From positions 27,528 to 91,527 of the forward strand of contig JBFMGS010000003.1 in the NCBI GenBank assembly GCA_040752635.1: a stretch of 64,000 nucleotides of DNA. Direction: 5' to 3'. Positions 47,196 to 56,390 of this stretch are shown here, in pieces (within the stretch, counting starts at the first letter, position 1; each line of letters starts with the position of its first letter). The translations under genes and the position numbers were made by a program. The notes under the pieces are model-generated. The model was not told where the DNA came from and did not search any database. It saw only the letters and a list, made by a program, of their open reading frames with translations. This DNA comes from Bacillota bacterium. GTDB lineage: Bacteria > Bacillota > SHA-98 > UBA4971.

Positions 47196-47234
47196 GGGGT
47201 TGCCGGTGGTTGCTCGCACACCGCCGGCAACCCC
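47196..47234 (+). repeat. Minimal hairpin copy of the GGGGTTGCCGGTG element
   Basis: GGGGTTGCCGGTGG-[TTGCTCGCACA]-CCGCCGGCAACCCC is a 14-bp stem with one T.G pair. It is preceded by AGTGGG-T-CCCACTT (47182-47195) and lies between fhs and ndk. Confidence 0.8.
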
Positions 47235-47266
47235 TCCAGGGGAAACAAGCATTCTCGCGTGTGGGC

Positions 47267-48964
47267 CTAGAACAGGCCGACGATCTTGCCTTCGTCGTCG
47301 ATATCCACGTTCTCGGCAGCCGGGTGTGTGGGAAGCCCGGGCATGGTCATCATCTGGCCGCAAAGCGGCACTATGAACCCTGCTCCAGCCGACACCCTCA
47401 CCTCGCGGACGTTGAGCTTCCATCCACGTGGCGCGCCCCGCAGGGCCGGGTCGTCGGAGAGCGAGAGCTGCGTCTTGGCCATACAGATGGGGAGGTTGCC
47501 AAGGCCCTGCTCCTCTATAACCTTGATGTCGCGCTCCGCCGTGCCGACATACACGACGCCGTCGGCCCCATAGATCTCCGTCGCGAGAGTCTCGATCTTG
47601 TCCTTGACGGGCACGTCGAGGTCGTATAGGAACCTGAAGTTAGGCTTCTCATGCTCGAGCGCATCGAGCACCGCTTCAGCAAGTTCGATGCCACCCTCTC
47701 CGCCGCGGGCGACGACCTCGGACAATGCCGCGCGTACCCCCAGTTCCTCACAGTGCCTGCGCAGGTACTCAAGCTCCTCCAGGTCATCCGCCGGGAATCT
47801 GTTGATAGCGACTACTACCGGCAGGCCGAACTTCTTCGTCACGTTATGCACGTGCCTATCCAGGTTCGCGCAGCCCTTTGCCAGAGCGTCAAGGTTCTTC
47901 TCCGCGAGCTTGCTCTTGGCCACGCCGCCGTGGTGATGGAGCGCACGCACCGAGGCCACCAGGATCACAACATCAGGACGCACGTCGGTGATGCGGCAAA
48001 TGATATCAAAGAACTTCTCGGCGCCCAGGTCCGCGGCAAAACCGCCTTCAGTGACCGCATAGTCCGCGAGCCGAAGGGCGGTCTCGGTGGCGATTATGGA
48101 GTTGTTGCCGTATGCGATGTTCGCAAACGGCGCACCGTGCACGAACGCGGGTTGACCTTCTAGGGTTTGCACTAGGTTAGGCTTGATCGTGTCTTTCATG
48201 ATGACCGCCATGGCGCCCACGGCCTTGAGGTCAGATGCACGCACGGGCTTTCCCTCGAAGGTGTAAGCCACCACGAGCCTCGATAGCCGCTCTTTCAAGT
48301 CAGAGAGCGAGCGCGAGAGCCCCAGGCACGCCATAACCTCAGACGCCACCGTGATGTCGAACCCGCTCTCCATCGGAAATCCGTTCGCCTTGCCGCCCAG
48401 GCCGACGATGATGTTCCGCAGTTGCCTGTCGCTGATGTCCATGACGCGCCGCCACACCACGCGCCTGGGATCTATGCCGAGCTCGTTCCCCTGGTGGATG
48501 TGGTTCTCCACCATTGCAGCAAGCAGGTTATGAGCCGCGCCCACGGCGTGGATGTCGCCTGTAAAGTGGAGGTTGATGTCTTCCATCGGAAGCACCTGCG
48601 AGTATCCTCCGCCCGCCGCTCCGCCTTTGATCCCGAACGTGGGCCCGAGCGAAGGCTCGCGGAGCGCCACCATGACCTTTTTGCCCAGCTTACCCAGGGC
48701 CTGGGTGACCCCCACCGCCGTGCAGGTTTTGCCTTCCCCGGCCGGAGTCGCGGTTATCGCAGTGGTGTAGATCAGTTTGCCGTACGGGCGGCCCTTGAGC
48801 CTCTGGATCGCCTCAATGCTGACCTTGGCCTTGTACTTGCCGTAGAATTCGATGTCGTCCTCACAGAGGCCCACCTTTGCGGCGATCTCCGCGATGGGCC
48901 GCAGCTTTGCGCTTTGCGCAATCTCGATGTCCGGGGGAATTCTGCCCAAGCTTGCTACTGCCAT
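47267..48964 (-). CDS. fhs: Formate--tetrahydrofolate ligase
   Basis: 565 aa: ..DIEIAQ....I.EIA...G......[20 protein letters not shown]-like ([14 protein letters not shown]), [17 protein letters not shown]. Confidence 0.95.
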   Translation of the reverse strand: MAVASLGRIPPDIEIAQSAKLRPIAEIAAKVGLCEDDIEFYGKYKAKVSIEAIQRLKGRPYGKLIYTTAITATPAGEGKTCTAVGVTQALGKLGKKVMVALREPSLGPTFGIKGGAAGGGYSQVLPMEDINLHFTGDIHAVGAAHNLLAAMVENHIHQGNELGIDPRRVVWRRVMDISDRQLRNIIVGLGGKANGFPMESGFDITVASEVMACLGLSRSLSDLKERLSRLVVAYTFEGKPVRASDLKAVGAMAVIMKDTIKPNLVQTLEGQPAFVHGAPFANIAYGNNSIIATETALRLADYAVTEGGFAADLGAEKFFDIICRITDVRPDVVILVASVRALHHHGGVAKSKLAEKNLDALAKGCANLDRHVHNVTKKFGLPVVVAINRFPADDLEELEYLRRHCEELGVRAALSEVVARGGEGGIELAEAVLDALEHEKPNFRFLYDLDVPVKDKIETLATEIYGADGVVYVGTAERDIKVIEEQGLGNLPICMAKTQLSLSDDPALRGAPRGWKLNVREVRVSAGAGFIVPLCGQMMTMPGLPTHPAAENVDIDDEGKIVGLF

Positions 48965-50376
48965 AGTTGTTCGCTCCTTTCCCGTTTTGCACGCACGAAC
49001 TTATCTATGCCGCGAGCGGCGACTTTACCGGCGCCCATCGCCGCGATCACGGTTGCAGACCCCGTAACTATGTCTCCGCCTGCGAATATCCCGGGCACGC
49101 TGGTCTCGCCTGTTTCCTCGTTGACGATGACGTTCCCGTGCTTCCCGAGCTTAAGAGCTGGCACGCTCCTCACGAGAAGCGGGTTGGGATCGGTCCCGAC
49201 GGCGGAGATCATGGTGTCGATGTCCAGGACGAACTCTGAACCGGGCACGGGGACGGGCCTCCGCCTCCCGCTTTCATCGGGTTCACCCAGCTCCATCCGG
49301 ATGCACTCCATTCCGCGAACCCAGCCCTTCTCATCCGCGAGAACGCGGACGGGGTTCGTGAGAAGCATCATCTCGACTCCTTCTTCCTCCGCGTTTTCGA
49401 TCTCCTCAAGCCTGGCGGGCATTTCCGCCCTGGACCGTCGGTAGACTATAGAGACTTTCTCCGCGCCGAGCCTGAGCGCAGTTCTGGCTGCGTCCATGGC
49501 CACATTGCCAGCGCCAACGACCGCCACGCGTTTGCCGACCCAGATGGGCGTATCATATTCAGGAAAGAGATACGCCTTCATCAGGTTCGAGCGGGTCAGG
49601 AACTCGTTCGCCGAGTACACGCCGTTTAAGTTCTCACCTGGAATCCCCAAGAAGTGCGGCAGCCCGGCGCCGGTGCCCAGGAAAATGGCGTCGAACCCAT
49701 CCCGGAACAGGTCATCGACGGTCACAGTCTTTCCGACCAGCGTATTCACGCGGATCTCGACGCCGAGGCCTTTGACGTAATCCACCTCTTCGTCCACGAT
49801 GGCCTTGGGAAGACGGAACTCGGGGATCCCGTACCGGAGCACCCCGCCCACGGCGTGGAGGGATTCGAGAAGGACCACGGAATACCCCATCTTAGCAAGG
49901 TCCGCCGCGCAGGTGAGGCCAGCAGGCCCTGAGCCGACGACCGCTACCTTGCCCGCGGTCGGTCCGGGCCTCGGCGACGACACCCGGCAGGCGCCCGACG
50001 CACGCTCGTAGTCCGCAGCGAACCGCTCCAGCGCGCCGATGGCCACGGGCTTGCCCTTCTTGCCCAGGGTACACCTCGTCTCGCACTGCGTCTCCTGCGG
50101 ACACACCCGCCCACATATCGCAGGCAGGCTGTTCTTTTCCTTAATCTTCCTGGCAGCTTCCGTAAACTTGCCTTCGGCGATCATCTTGATGAACGAAGGG
50201 ATGTCCACTTCCACAGGGCACCCGGCAACGCAAGGGCTTTTCGGGCACCCGATACACCGCCGCGCTTCTTCTACCGCCACCTCAGCGGGGTACCCTAGAG
50301 CCACCTCCGAGAAGTTGCGCGCGCGCTCGCGGGGATCCTGCTTCGGCATTTGGTGTCTATCTACCTTGAATGGCAT
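48955..50376 (-). CDS. nfnB: NfnB-type subunit (GltD/SudA family; NADPH, FAD, 2x[4Fe-4S]) of NADH-dependent reduced ferredoxin:NADP+ oxidoreductase
   Basis: RNFSEV.LGY....A..EA.RC..C....C...CPV...[28 protein letters not shown]. It is paired with the NfnA-type gene. Confidence 0.8.
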   Translation of the reverse strand: MPFKVDRHQMPKQDPRERARNFSEVALGYPAEVAVEEARRCIGCPKSPCVAGCPVEVDIPSFIKMIAEGKFTEAARKIKEKNSLPAICGRVCPQETQCETRCTLGKKGKPVAIGALERFAADYERASGACRVSSPRPGPTAGKVAVVGSGPAGLTCAADLAKMGYSVVLLESLHAVGGVLRYGIPEFRLPKAIVDEEVDYVKGLGVEIRVNTLVGKTVTVDDLFRDGFDAIFLGTGAGLPHFLGIPGENLNGVYSANEFLTRSNLMKAYLFPEYDTPIWVGKRVAVVGAGNVAMDAARTALRLGAEKVSIVYRRSRAEMPARLEEIENAEEEGVEMMLLTNPVRVLADEKGWVRGMECIRMELGEPDESGRRRPVPVPGSEFVLDIDTMISAVGTDPNPLLVRSVPALKLGKHGNVIVNEETGETSVPGIFAGGDIVTGSATVIAAMGAGKVAARGIDKFVRAKRERSEQLWQ

Positions 50377-51212
50377 TTACATCCCTCCGCATGCGCCCGG
50401 TATCGCTCCATGGCGAGCTTCTCTTCGGCAAGGAACCTGGCCTGCCTTGCCATGAGCTCAGCGAAATCGACCTTGTGCCCGTCGAACGCAGGACCCTCTA
50501 CGCACGAGAACATTGTCTTGCCGCCGACGGTCACCCGGCATGAGCCGCACATTCCAGTACCATCAACCATGATTGCATTCAAACTCACAATCGTCTTCAC
50601 GCCAAATTCGGAGGTGACCTTGCATGCCGCCCGCATCATCGGCAAAGGCCCGATGGCGACCACCTCGTCGGGGCGAAGTCCGCCCTGGAGAAGGTTGCGC
50701 AATAGCTCTGTAACGAACCCGTGGTACCCGAAGCTGCCGTCATCGGTGCTGTAGTGAACCTCGTCGCTGACTCGTTCCATCCTGTCCTTGAAAATCAGCA
50801 TGTCCTTCGTCTGCGCACCGACCAGCGAAATGACTCTGGTGCCTAGTTCGTGGAAGGCTTTCGCCTCGGGGTACATAGGGGCTACCCCCACACCCCCTGC
50901 CACACAGACAACCGCGTCAAGGCGCTTTATGTCTCTGGGAGTCCCCAGGGGACCGACGATATCCAGTATGCTGTCGCCCTCCTCAAGGGTGCCAAGCTCG
51001 CAGGTACTCTTGCCCACCTCCTGGAACACCATGGTTATCGTGCCCGCTACAGGGTCGCTATCCGCAATGGTGAGCGGTATCCGTTCCCCGAATTCATGCA
51101 TCCGCAGAACGAAGAAATGGCCCGGGAGGGCGTGGAAGGCGATCTCCGGAGCCTCGACGACTAATAGCTTGATCCTCGGAGCCAACTCCTCTTTCTTGAC
51201 GATCCTGTGCAT
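50361..51212 (-). CDS. nfnA: NfnA-type subunit (PyrK/SudB family; FAD, [2Fe-2S])
   Basis: 283 aa with an FNR-like fold (RIPLTIADSD) and a C-terminal CG.G.CGSCRV cluster. Confidence 0.8.
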   Translation of the reverse strand: MHRIVKKEELAPRIKLLVVEAPEIAFHALPGHFFVLRMHEFGERIPLTIADSDPVAGTITMVFQEVGKSTCELGTLEEGDSILDIVGPLGTPRDIKRLDAVVCVAGGVGVAPMYPEAKAFHELGTRVISLVGAQTKDMLIFKDRMERVSDEVHYSTDDGSFGYHGFVTELLRNLLQGGLRPDEVVAIGPLPMMRAACKVTSEFGVKTIVSLNAIMVDGTGMCGSCRVTVGGKTMFSCVEGPAFDGHKVDFAELMARQARFLAEEKLAMERYRAHAEGCKCHSR

Positions 51213-51237
51213 GTCTCTCCCCCTTGTCGCTCGTACC

Positions 51238-51266
51238 AGGCCGCAGCGCCATTGGCGCTGCGGCCT
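51238..51266. other. Perfect GC-rich 13-bp hairpin/palindrome (AGGCCGCAGCGCC-ATT-GGCGCTGCGGCCT)
   Basis: Read directly from the sequence. It lies 26 nt upstream of the nfnA start codon and ~95 nt downstream of the MaoC gene. There is no U-tract on either strand. Confidence 0.8.
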
Positions 51267-51361
51267 CCTGGTGTCACCTGACCGCTACTGCATTCGTCGC
51301 CTTTACTGAATTCGTCAAACTTCCCGCGATTCCTTGTCTTATCGCAGCTCGGTCGCAAAAC

Positions 51362-51847
51362 TCACGGGTAATCCTCGAATGCGTAGCTGAGAACAGAGGG
51401 AACCCTCGGCGGAGGCATGACCTCGGACTTCCCGGTCACCACGAGCTCGCCCTTTTGGTTCCGGGCAGTGGTGCGAAGCACAACCCTGTTCTCGCGTTCC
51501 CGGATTTCGAGGACCTCGATCTCGGTGGTGATTACATCCCCCCGCCTCACAGGTGCAACGAAGTTGAAATGCTGAGATACGGTGATGGTGCCTTTGCCTG
51601 GAAGCTCAGTACTGATGCCTGCCACTATAAACCCTGCGAGCAAGATCCCGGGCACTATCGGTTCGCGGAACCTCGTCCTCGACGCATACTCCGAATCCAC
51701 GTATATCGGGTTGAAGTCGCCTGTAATCCCCATATAGAGGTATATATCCTGGTCGGTTACTGTCTTCACGAAAGTGCCGAGGTCGCCCACAGATAACTGG
51801 TCTATGGTCTTGCCGAGTTTTCTGTCTCCGGAGGACGTCTCAGGCAT
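51362..51847 (-). CDS. MaoC-like (R)-hydratase/hotdog-fold protein
   Basis: 161 aa: GDFNPIYVD.EYA......PIVPGIL, a MaoC dehydratase-type hotdog motif. Confidence 0.7.
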   Translation of the reverse strand: MPETSSGDRKLGKTIDQLSVGDLGTFVKTVTDQDIYLYMGITGDFNPIYVDSEYASRTRFREPIVPGILLAGFIVAGISTELPGKGTITVSQHFNFVAPVRRGDVITTEIEVLEIRERENRVVLRTTARNQKGELVVTGKSEVMPPPRVPSVLSYAFEDYP

Positions 51848-51893
51848 CGCTCTACCCCCTTCCTCGCTGAAACCTCATGCGAACTCTCCTCTC

Positions 51894-52691
51894 TTAGCCG
51901 GCATGCGCCCTGCGTGCTACCTCGAGATACGAGTCGCAATATACCTCCTTGTTGAGGAGGATGTTAGCGGTGGCCACCACATCCATAAGCTCCTGGTCTG
52001 TTACGTCGAGAATGGCTGCGTCAAGGCCACAAGCCATGGCCATTGCCAGGAACGTCCGGTTCACCAGGCTCCTGTTCTTCGTCTTCTGCGAAACGTTGCT
52101 CAAGCCCACGACGGTGCGCGGCGGAGGATCCGCGAGCAGCCGCACCTGCCGTAGGGTCTCAAGCACTTCCGGCGCGTGCTCCTGGGCCACTCCGACCGGA
52201 AGGATGAGGGGATCGATGAAAACGTCTTGCAGGCTTATCCCGTACTCATCCGCAGCGGCCACGATTTCCATGGCAATCGCGGTCCTATCATTGGCGTCCT
52301 TCGGAACACCCTTTTCGTTCATGGCGAGGCCTATCACCCGGGCGCCGTATTCTTTCGCAAGCGGAAGGATGGCGTCCAGCTTCGCCCTCTCGCCTGTAGT
52401 CGAGTTGATGAGAGCACGGCCTTTGTGCACCGCAAGCCCAGCTTCAAGGGCCTTCACATTCATTGTATCGATGGACACCGGGGTGTCAACCACCTCCTGC
52501 ACCGTCCGAACAAGCCACCCCATGACCTTCTCGGGCTCATCCACCGCAGGCCCGGTGTTCACGTCGAGAAAATGCGCCCCTGCCCTGGTCTGGGCAATGG
52601 CCAGGGCATGGATAGGCTCGGGGTTGCGCTCTGCTATCGCACGCCCCACGTCTTTGAACAACCCATTGATCCTCTCCCCTATCAGAATCAT
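51894..52691 (-). CDS. acsE: Methyltetrahydrofolate:corrinoid/iron-sulfur protein methyltransferase
   Basis: MILIGERINGLFKDV.... and ..LDVN.GP..., a pterin-binding TIM barrel. The ATG at 52691 overlaps the acsD stop (ATGA); the ORF-track N-terminal 53 aa are spurious. Confidence 0.85.
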   Translation of the reverse strand: MILIGERINGLFKDVGRAIAERNPEPIHALAIAQTRAGAHFLDVNTGPAVDEPEKVMGWLVRTVQEVVDTPVSIDTMNVKALEAGLAVHKGRALINSTTGERAKLDAILPLAKEYGARVIGLAMNEKGVPKDANDRTAIAMEIVAAADEYGISLQDVFIDPLILPVGVAQEHAPEVLETLRQVRLLADPPPRTVVGLSNVSQKTKNRSLVNRTFLAMAMACGLDAAILDVTDQELMDVVATANILLNKEVYCDSYLEVARRAHAG

Positions 52692-53683
52692 GCTACGCCC
52701 TCCCCCTGGCTCAAGAGTTGGTCGACATGCTGTCGAAAGACTTTCGCCGCCGCCGGATGGCGCATCACCATTATGTCCGCGCCGGCCTGCAAAAGGGCGA
52801 CTGCGGTCATGAGCTCCCAGGCCACTCCGCGCTTGAGCTGCGGGCCCCATCCCGGCGCTCTGTCATCCGGTTCCTTAGCTTCCTTCGCCCGCCACGCCTC
52901 CTGGCCGACGAAGGTAACGACAGGCATGGCTAGCATCTTGTCTCCCTGGAGCGCTCCCAGCCGCACCCTTTCCATTATCGAGTAGCAGTATTCGATCCCA
53001 TATCCAAGCGCGCCGCTCATGGGGTCGATGACGATTCTCTCAGGAGCAAGCCCCATCTCAGTGATGAGTATGTTGAGCTGCTTTGCTATGTTTATGTCCA
53101 GCGGCGACTGGGCTATGATATTGTGGCCGTTCACCATGCACGTCGCCACCAGGGACTTGTAATTCTCCTGCCTGGCTATGCCTATGAGACAGTTCTCGCC
53201 CGCGGCCGCTTCCCCGACCGCCGGCATAACCTCGTTGTCCTTGTCCGGATCGCCGCAGCCAATGATTATGAGCGGAACGCCTACGGCGGAAAGCACCGAC
53301 TTCACGGTGGCCTGGGCATCGGCAGGCCCCCGGTTTTCGCGATCCGGGTCGCACGACGCGAGCCTGAGCATCACGAGATCCGCGCCGTACTCGCCCACGC
53401 ACTTTTCCGCCCAGGCGGCAGGGTCCGACACCACATCCGCATAGGGCTCGCGCACAACTTCGGGCCATTCGTCGGGGGCGGTATCCCAAACTTCCAGCGC
53501 AATTCTGGGCGGATTCGGAGTTATGCCCTCAAAGTGAAGAAACGGAAGCCCTGTTTCACCGCCCACCGTCACCGAGCCTGTCCGGGTGCCGCCGCGATCG
53601 CGCGTGGCACCGATGGTCACCTCGCGCACTTTGCCAGTCCAGTTCTCCTTCAGAACTTCCACTTGCCCCTTCCCTCCTCTCAA
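52688..53683 (-). CDS. acsD: Corrinoid iron-sulfur protein small subunit
   Basis: 331 aa with a TIM-barrel CFeSP small-subunit architecture, located between cooC and acsE. Confidence 0.8.
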   Translation of the reverse strand: MRGGKGQVEVLKENWTGKVREVTIGATRDRGGTRTGSVTVGGETGLPFLHFEGITPNPPRIALEVWDTAPDEWPEVVREPYADVVSDPAAWAEKCVGEYGADLVMLRLASCDPDRENRGPADAQATVKSVLSAVGVPLIIIGCGDPDKDNEVMPAVGEAAAGENCLIGIARQENYKSLVATCMVNGHNIIAQSPLDINIAKQLNILITEMGLAPERIVIDPMSGALGYGIEYCYSIMERVRLGALQGDKMLAMPVVTFVGQEAWRAKEAKEPDDRAPGWGPQLKRGVAWELMTAVALLQAGADIMVMRHPAAAKVFRQHVDQLLSQGEGVA

Positions 53684-53686
53684 AAA

Positions 53687-54451
53687 TCAACAAAGCACCC
53701 CGAGCTTTTCGAAGATGTCTTCTGCTCCGGCCACCGCCGGCGAAGTATCTGCAAGTTCAGTGAACGGCCTCCCCATCATGTCGAACTCCGCGATGGCAGG
53801 ATCGTACGGCACCACACCCGCGAGGTTCATGCCGCTCCTCTCGATTTCATCCTTGAGCGCGCCGTCAACCTCCCCGTTAGAAGCCCTCGTAATCACGAGA
53901 TACCTGGAGCCCACCTTAAGCTTGAGGTTCTCCGTAAGGCGGTGGATTCGCTGCGCCGCCTGGAGTCCGCGCACGGTGGGGTCGCTGGTCACAAGGAGTA
54001 CGTCGACGCTGTCTGTCGTGCGCCTGCTGAGGTGCTCCAGCCCGGCCTCGTTGTCCATCACCACAAACCTGTAGCTACCTGCAAGTTCGTTCATGAAGTG
54101 GCGGAGCAGATTATTCGCGTAGCAGTAACACCCCGGGCCTTCCGGGCCTCCCATGACGAGGAGGTCGATTCCCCTGCCCTCCACCATGGCTGCGTGAAGC
54201 CGGTACTCGATGTACGTCTCTTTGGTCATGCCCGGAAATTGACCGTTCCGCAGCGATACCGAATCGTCCAAGAGCTCCGCGATGGTGACCTCAGCCCGCA
54301 TCCCGAGGGTTTCCCCAAGGTTTGCGTTGGGATCAGCATCCACGGCCAGTATCGGCCCTTTCCCGCGCTTGCGCAGGTAACTTATGAGCAGAGCCGCGAG
54401 CGTAGTCTTTCCTGTGCCGCCTTTGCCAGCTATAGCTATCGTGAATGCCAC
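53687..54451 (-). CDS. cooC: CODH/ACS nickel-insertion ATPase CooC (AcsF)
   Basis: IAIAGKGGTGKTT is the deviant Walker A, with the CxC motif GPGCYC. 254 aa. Confidence 0.85.
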   Translation of the reverse strand: MAFTIAIAGKGGTGKTTLAALLISYLRKRGKGPILAVDADPNANLGETLGMRAEVTIAELLDDSVSLRNGQFPGMTKETYIEYRLHAAMVEGRGIDLLVMGGPEGPGCYCYANNLLRHFMNELAGSYRFVVMDNEAGLEHLSRRTTDSVDVLLVTSDPTVRGLQAAQRIHRLTENLKLKVGSRYLVITRASNGEVDGALKDEIERSGMNLAGVVPYDPAIAEFDMMGRPFTELADTSPAVAGAEDIFEKLGVLC

Positions 54452-54502
54452 CTTCGTAGCGTCACTCCCAACCGCGTCATATCTCGAATCTACGGGGCGC
54501 CA

Positions 54503-56389
54503 TCAGGCCAAAACCGACGGGAACAGTGCAAGGTCTGTGTGGGGAAGAAACAGCGCCGACACGAACTCTTCCATAAAAGTGTTGCCGACGCTCAACTCGA
54601 GGTAAGTCATGCGCCTTGCGACAAGCTCCACCTCGCGCCTGGCTTCACGGTAAAGCAGGCACATCTTCGCGCCAGCCACCGACGTGTTCCCCACATACTG
54701 GTACACCGACTCAGGAAGATCCGGAAGGAGGCCTATCTCGATTGCCTTACGGATATTGAGGTAACTTCCGAATCCCCCGGCAATCAGGATCTTCTTTATG
54801 TCAGAGATGTCCTGGTCCACCATTCTCAGCATCGACCGTATACCCGCATAGACGGCCGCCTTCGATCTGATGAGGTTTTTCAGGTCCGCTTCGCTAATGT
54901 AGATGTCCTCCCCCGTCGCGGTCTCGTCAGCATACGCCAGCACAAACTGGGGGCCGTCGTCCCCCGTGCGCATCCTCTTACCCTCGTAAGCTACGTCGAA
55001 TGATCCGTTCCGCGATATGACGCCGGCCCGCCGCAGCGACGCAAGGCAGTCGATGAGCCCGGATCCGCATATCCCTGCCGGCTTTGCCGCGCCGATGGTA
55101 CGGTAAGCGACCTCGTCATACGCAGGATCGACCTCGACGTGCTCGATGGCCCCCCGCATGGCGCGCATGCCGTGGCGGATGCCCACCCCTTCAAACGCCG
55201 GCCCCGCCGAACACGCGCACGCCAGGAGCCAATCGCGGTTGCCAAGCACCATCTCTCCGTTGGTGCCGATGTCAACGAACAGCACCACATCGTCCGAGTT
55301 GGCAACGCCCGTAGCCACAACCCCCGAAGTGATGTCCCCGCCGACGTAGCTTGCGACGCCCGGCAGGCAGAACAGCCACGCCTCCGGCGCGACGTGTAGC
55401 CCGATCTCCAGGGCCTTCACCGGCGGCACCGAAGTTGCAGCCGGCGTGTAAGGCTCGAGCCTGATATATGTCGGGGGAATGCCCAGCAAGAGATGGGTCA
55501 TGGTGGTGTTCCCGGCGCACACGACCACCTTGATGTCCTTATCCTTTATGTGCAGGTGGCGTGCAGCCTCGCCGATGAGGTCGTTGATGGTTTCGATCAC
55601 GGCTTCCTGCAATCTCGCGAGCCCGTCCTCGTTCTCGTCCGCGTAAATGATCCGGGATATGACGTCATCCCCGAACCTCGACTGCCTGTTGTAGGCACCG
55701 CGAACGTCCAGCGTATCGCCGCTTGCAAGGTCCACCAGGTGCGTCACGCAGGTAGTCGTCCCGACGTCCACGGCAAGGCCATAACAGGGCGAGTCGTCGC
55801 GCCCCGGCACGATGTCAACCACTTCCGTCATACCCCTCGCATCCACGCACGACACCGTGACTTGCCAGTTACCGTCCCTCACGACACGGGGCGCTTTCCG
55901 GAGCACCCCCAGGTCCACCTGGAAGTTGCGAGACCCGGCGTCTTTTGCGAGGGCTGTATAGAGTCTCGTGAGGTCGCTCGCCGAGTCCTCAAGGCACGGC
56001 TCCGGCAGGCTCAGGCAGACCTTGCGGAAAACAGGGCGCAAGCCACCCTTTTCAGCCTCCACCGCCGACGCCTCGCCAGCACCGGTCACGACCTGGTGCT
56101 CAACCAGCCGTGACCTTGGCGGCACCTCCACCTCCACATCGCTATGCACCGTAGCCTGGCATGCGAGCACCATGCCGCAAGCTGCCTCATCGGGGCGAAG
56201 CTGGGGCGCCCTCGGGGCGTGTACCTTGCCGGATCTCACCATGACCCGGCACTGTCCGCACGTGCCATTGCCACCGCACGCGCTCCTCAGCGCAACACCC
56301 GCCTCCGTCGCAGCATCGAGAAGCGTTTTCCCCTCGGACACCGCCGCGCTTTTCGCGTCAGGCTGGAACGTTACGACATACCCGGGCAT
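54503..56389 (-). CDS. acsV: Corrinoid activation/regeneration protein (RACo/AcsV; 2Fe-2S ferredoxin + ASKHA ATPase)
   Basis: An N-terminal plant-type ferredoxin (CGGNGTCGQCRV) followed by a ~500-aa ASKHA domain (DVGTTT..., DIGTNGE). Confidence 0.8.
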   Translation of the reverse strand: MPGYVVTFQPDAKSAAVSEGKTLLDAATEAGVALRSACGGNGTCGQCRVMVRSGKVHAPRAPQLRPDEAACGMVLACQATVHSDVEVEVPPRSRLVEHQVVTGAGEASAVEAEKGGLRPVFRKVCLSLPEPCLEDSASDLTRLYTALAKDAGSRNFQVDLGVLRKAPRVVRDGNWQVTVSCVDARGMTEVVDIVPGRDDSPCYGLAVDVGTTTCVTHLVDLASGDTLDVRGAYNRQSRFGDDVISRIIYADENEDGLARLQEAVIETINDLIGEAARHLHIKDKDIKVVVCAGNTTMTHLLLGIPPTYIRLEPYTPAATSVPPVKALEIGLHVAPEAWLFCLPGVASYVGGDITSGVVATGVANSDDVVLFVDIGTNGEMVLGNRDWLLACACSAGPAFEGVGIRHGMRAMRGAIEHVEVDPAYDEVAYRTIGAAKPAGICGSGLIDCLASLRRAGVISRNGSFDVAYEGKRMRTGDDGPQFVLAYADETATGEDIYISEADLKNLIRSKAAVYAGIRSMLRMVDQDISDIKKILIAGGFGSYLNIRKAIEIGLLPDLPESVYQYVGNTSVAGAKMCLLYREARREVELVARRMTYLELSVGNTFMEEFVSALFLPHTDLALFPSVLA

Positions 56390-56390
56390 A

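Noticed and set aside
53123-55003. A very long plus-strand ORF (626 aa), with similar ones at 4893..6056 (387 aa), 35896..37035 (379 aa), 48422..49444 and 14202..15140.
   Set aside because: They lie antisense to confidently identified minus-strand genes (acsD/cooC/acsV, the PHP protein, rnfA/E/G, fhs/nfnB, obg). They are Arg/Pro/His/Gly-rich with no recognisable motifs. These are typical shadow ORFs of high-GC DNA.
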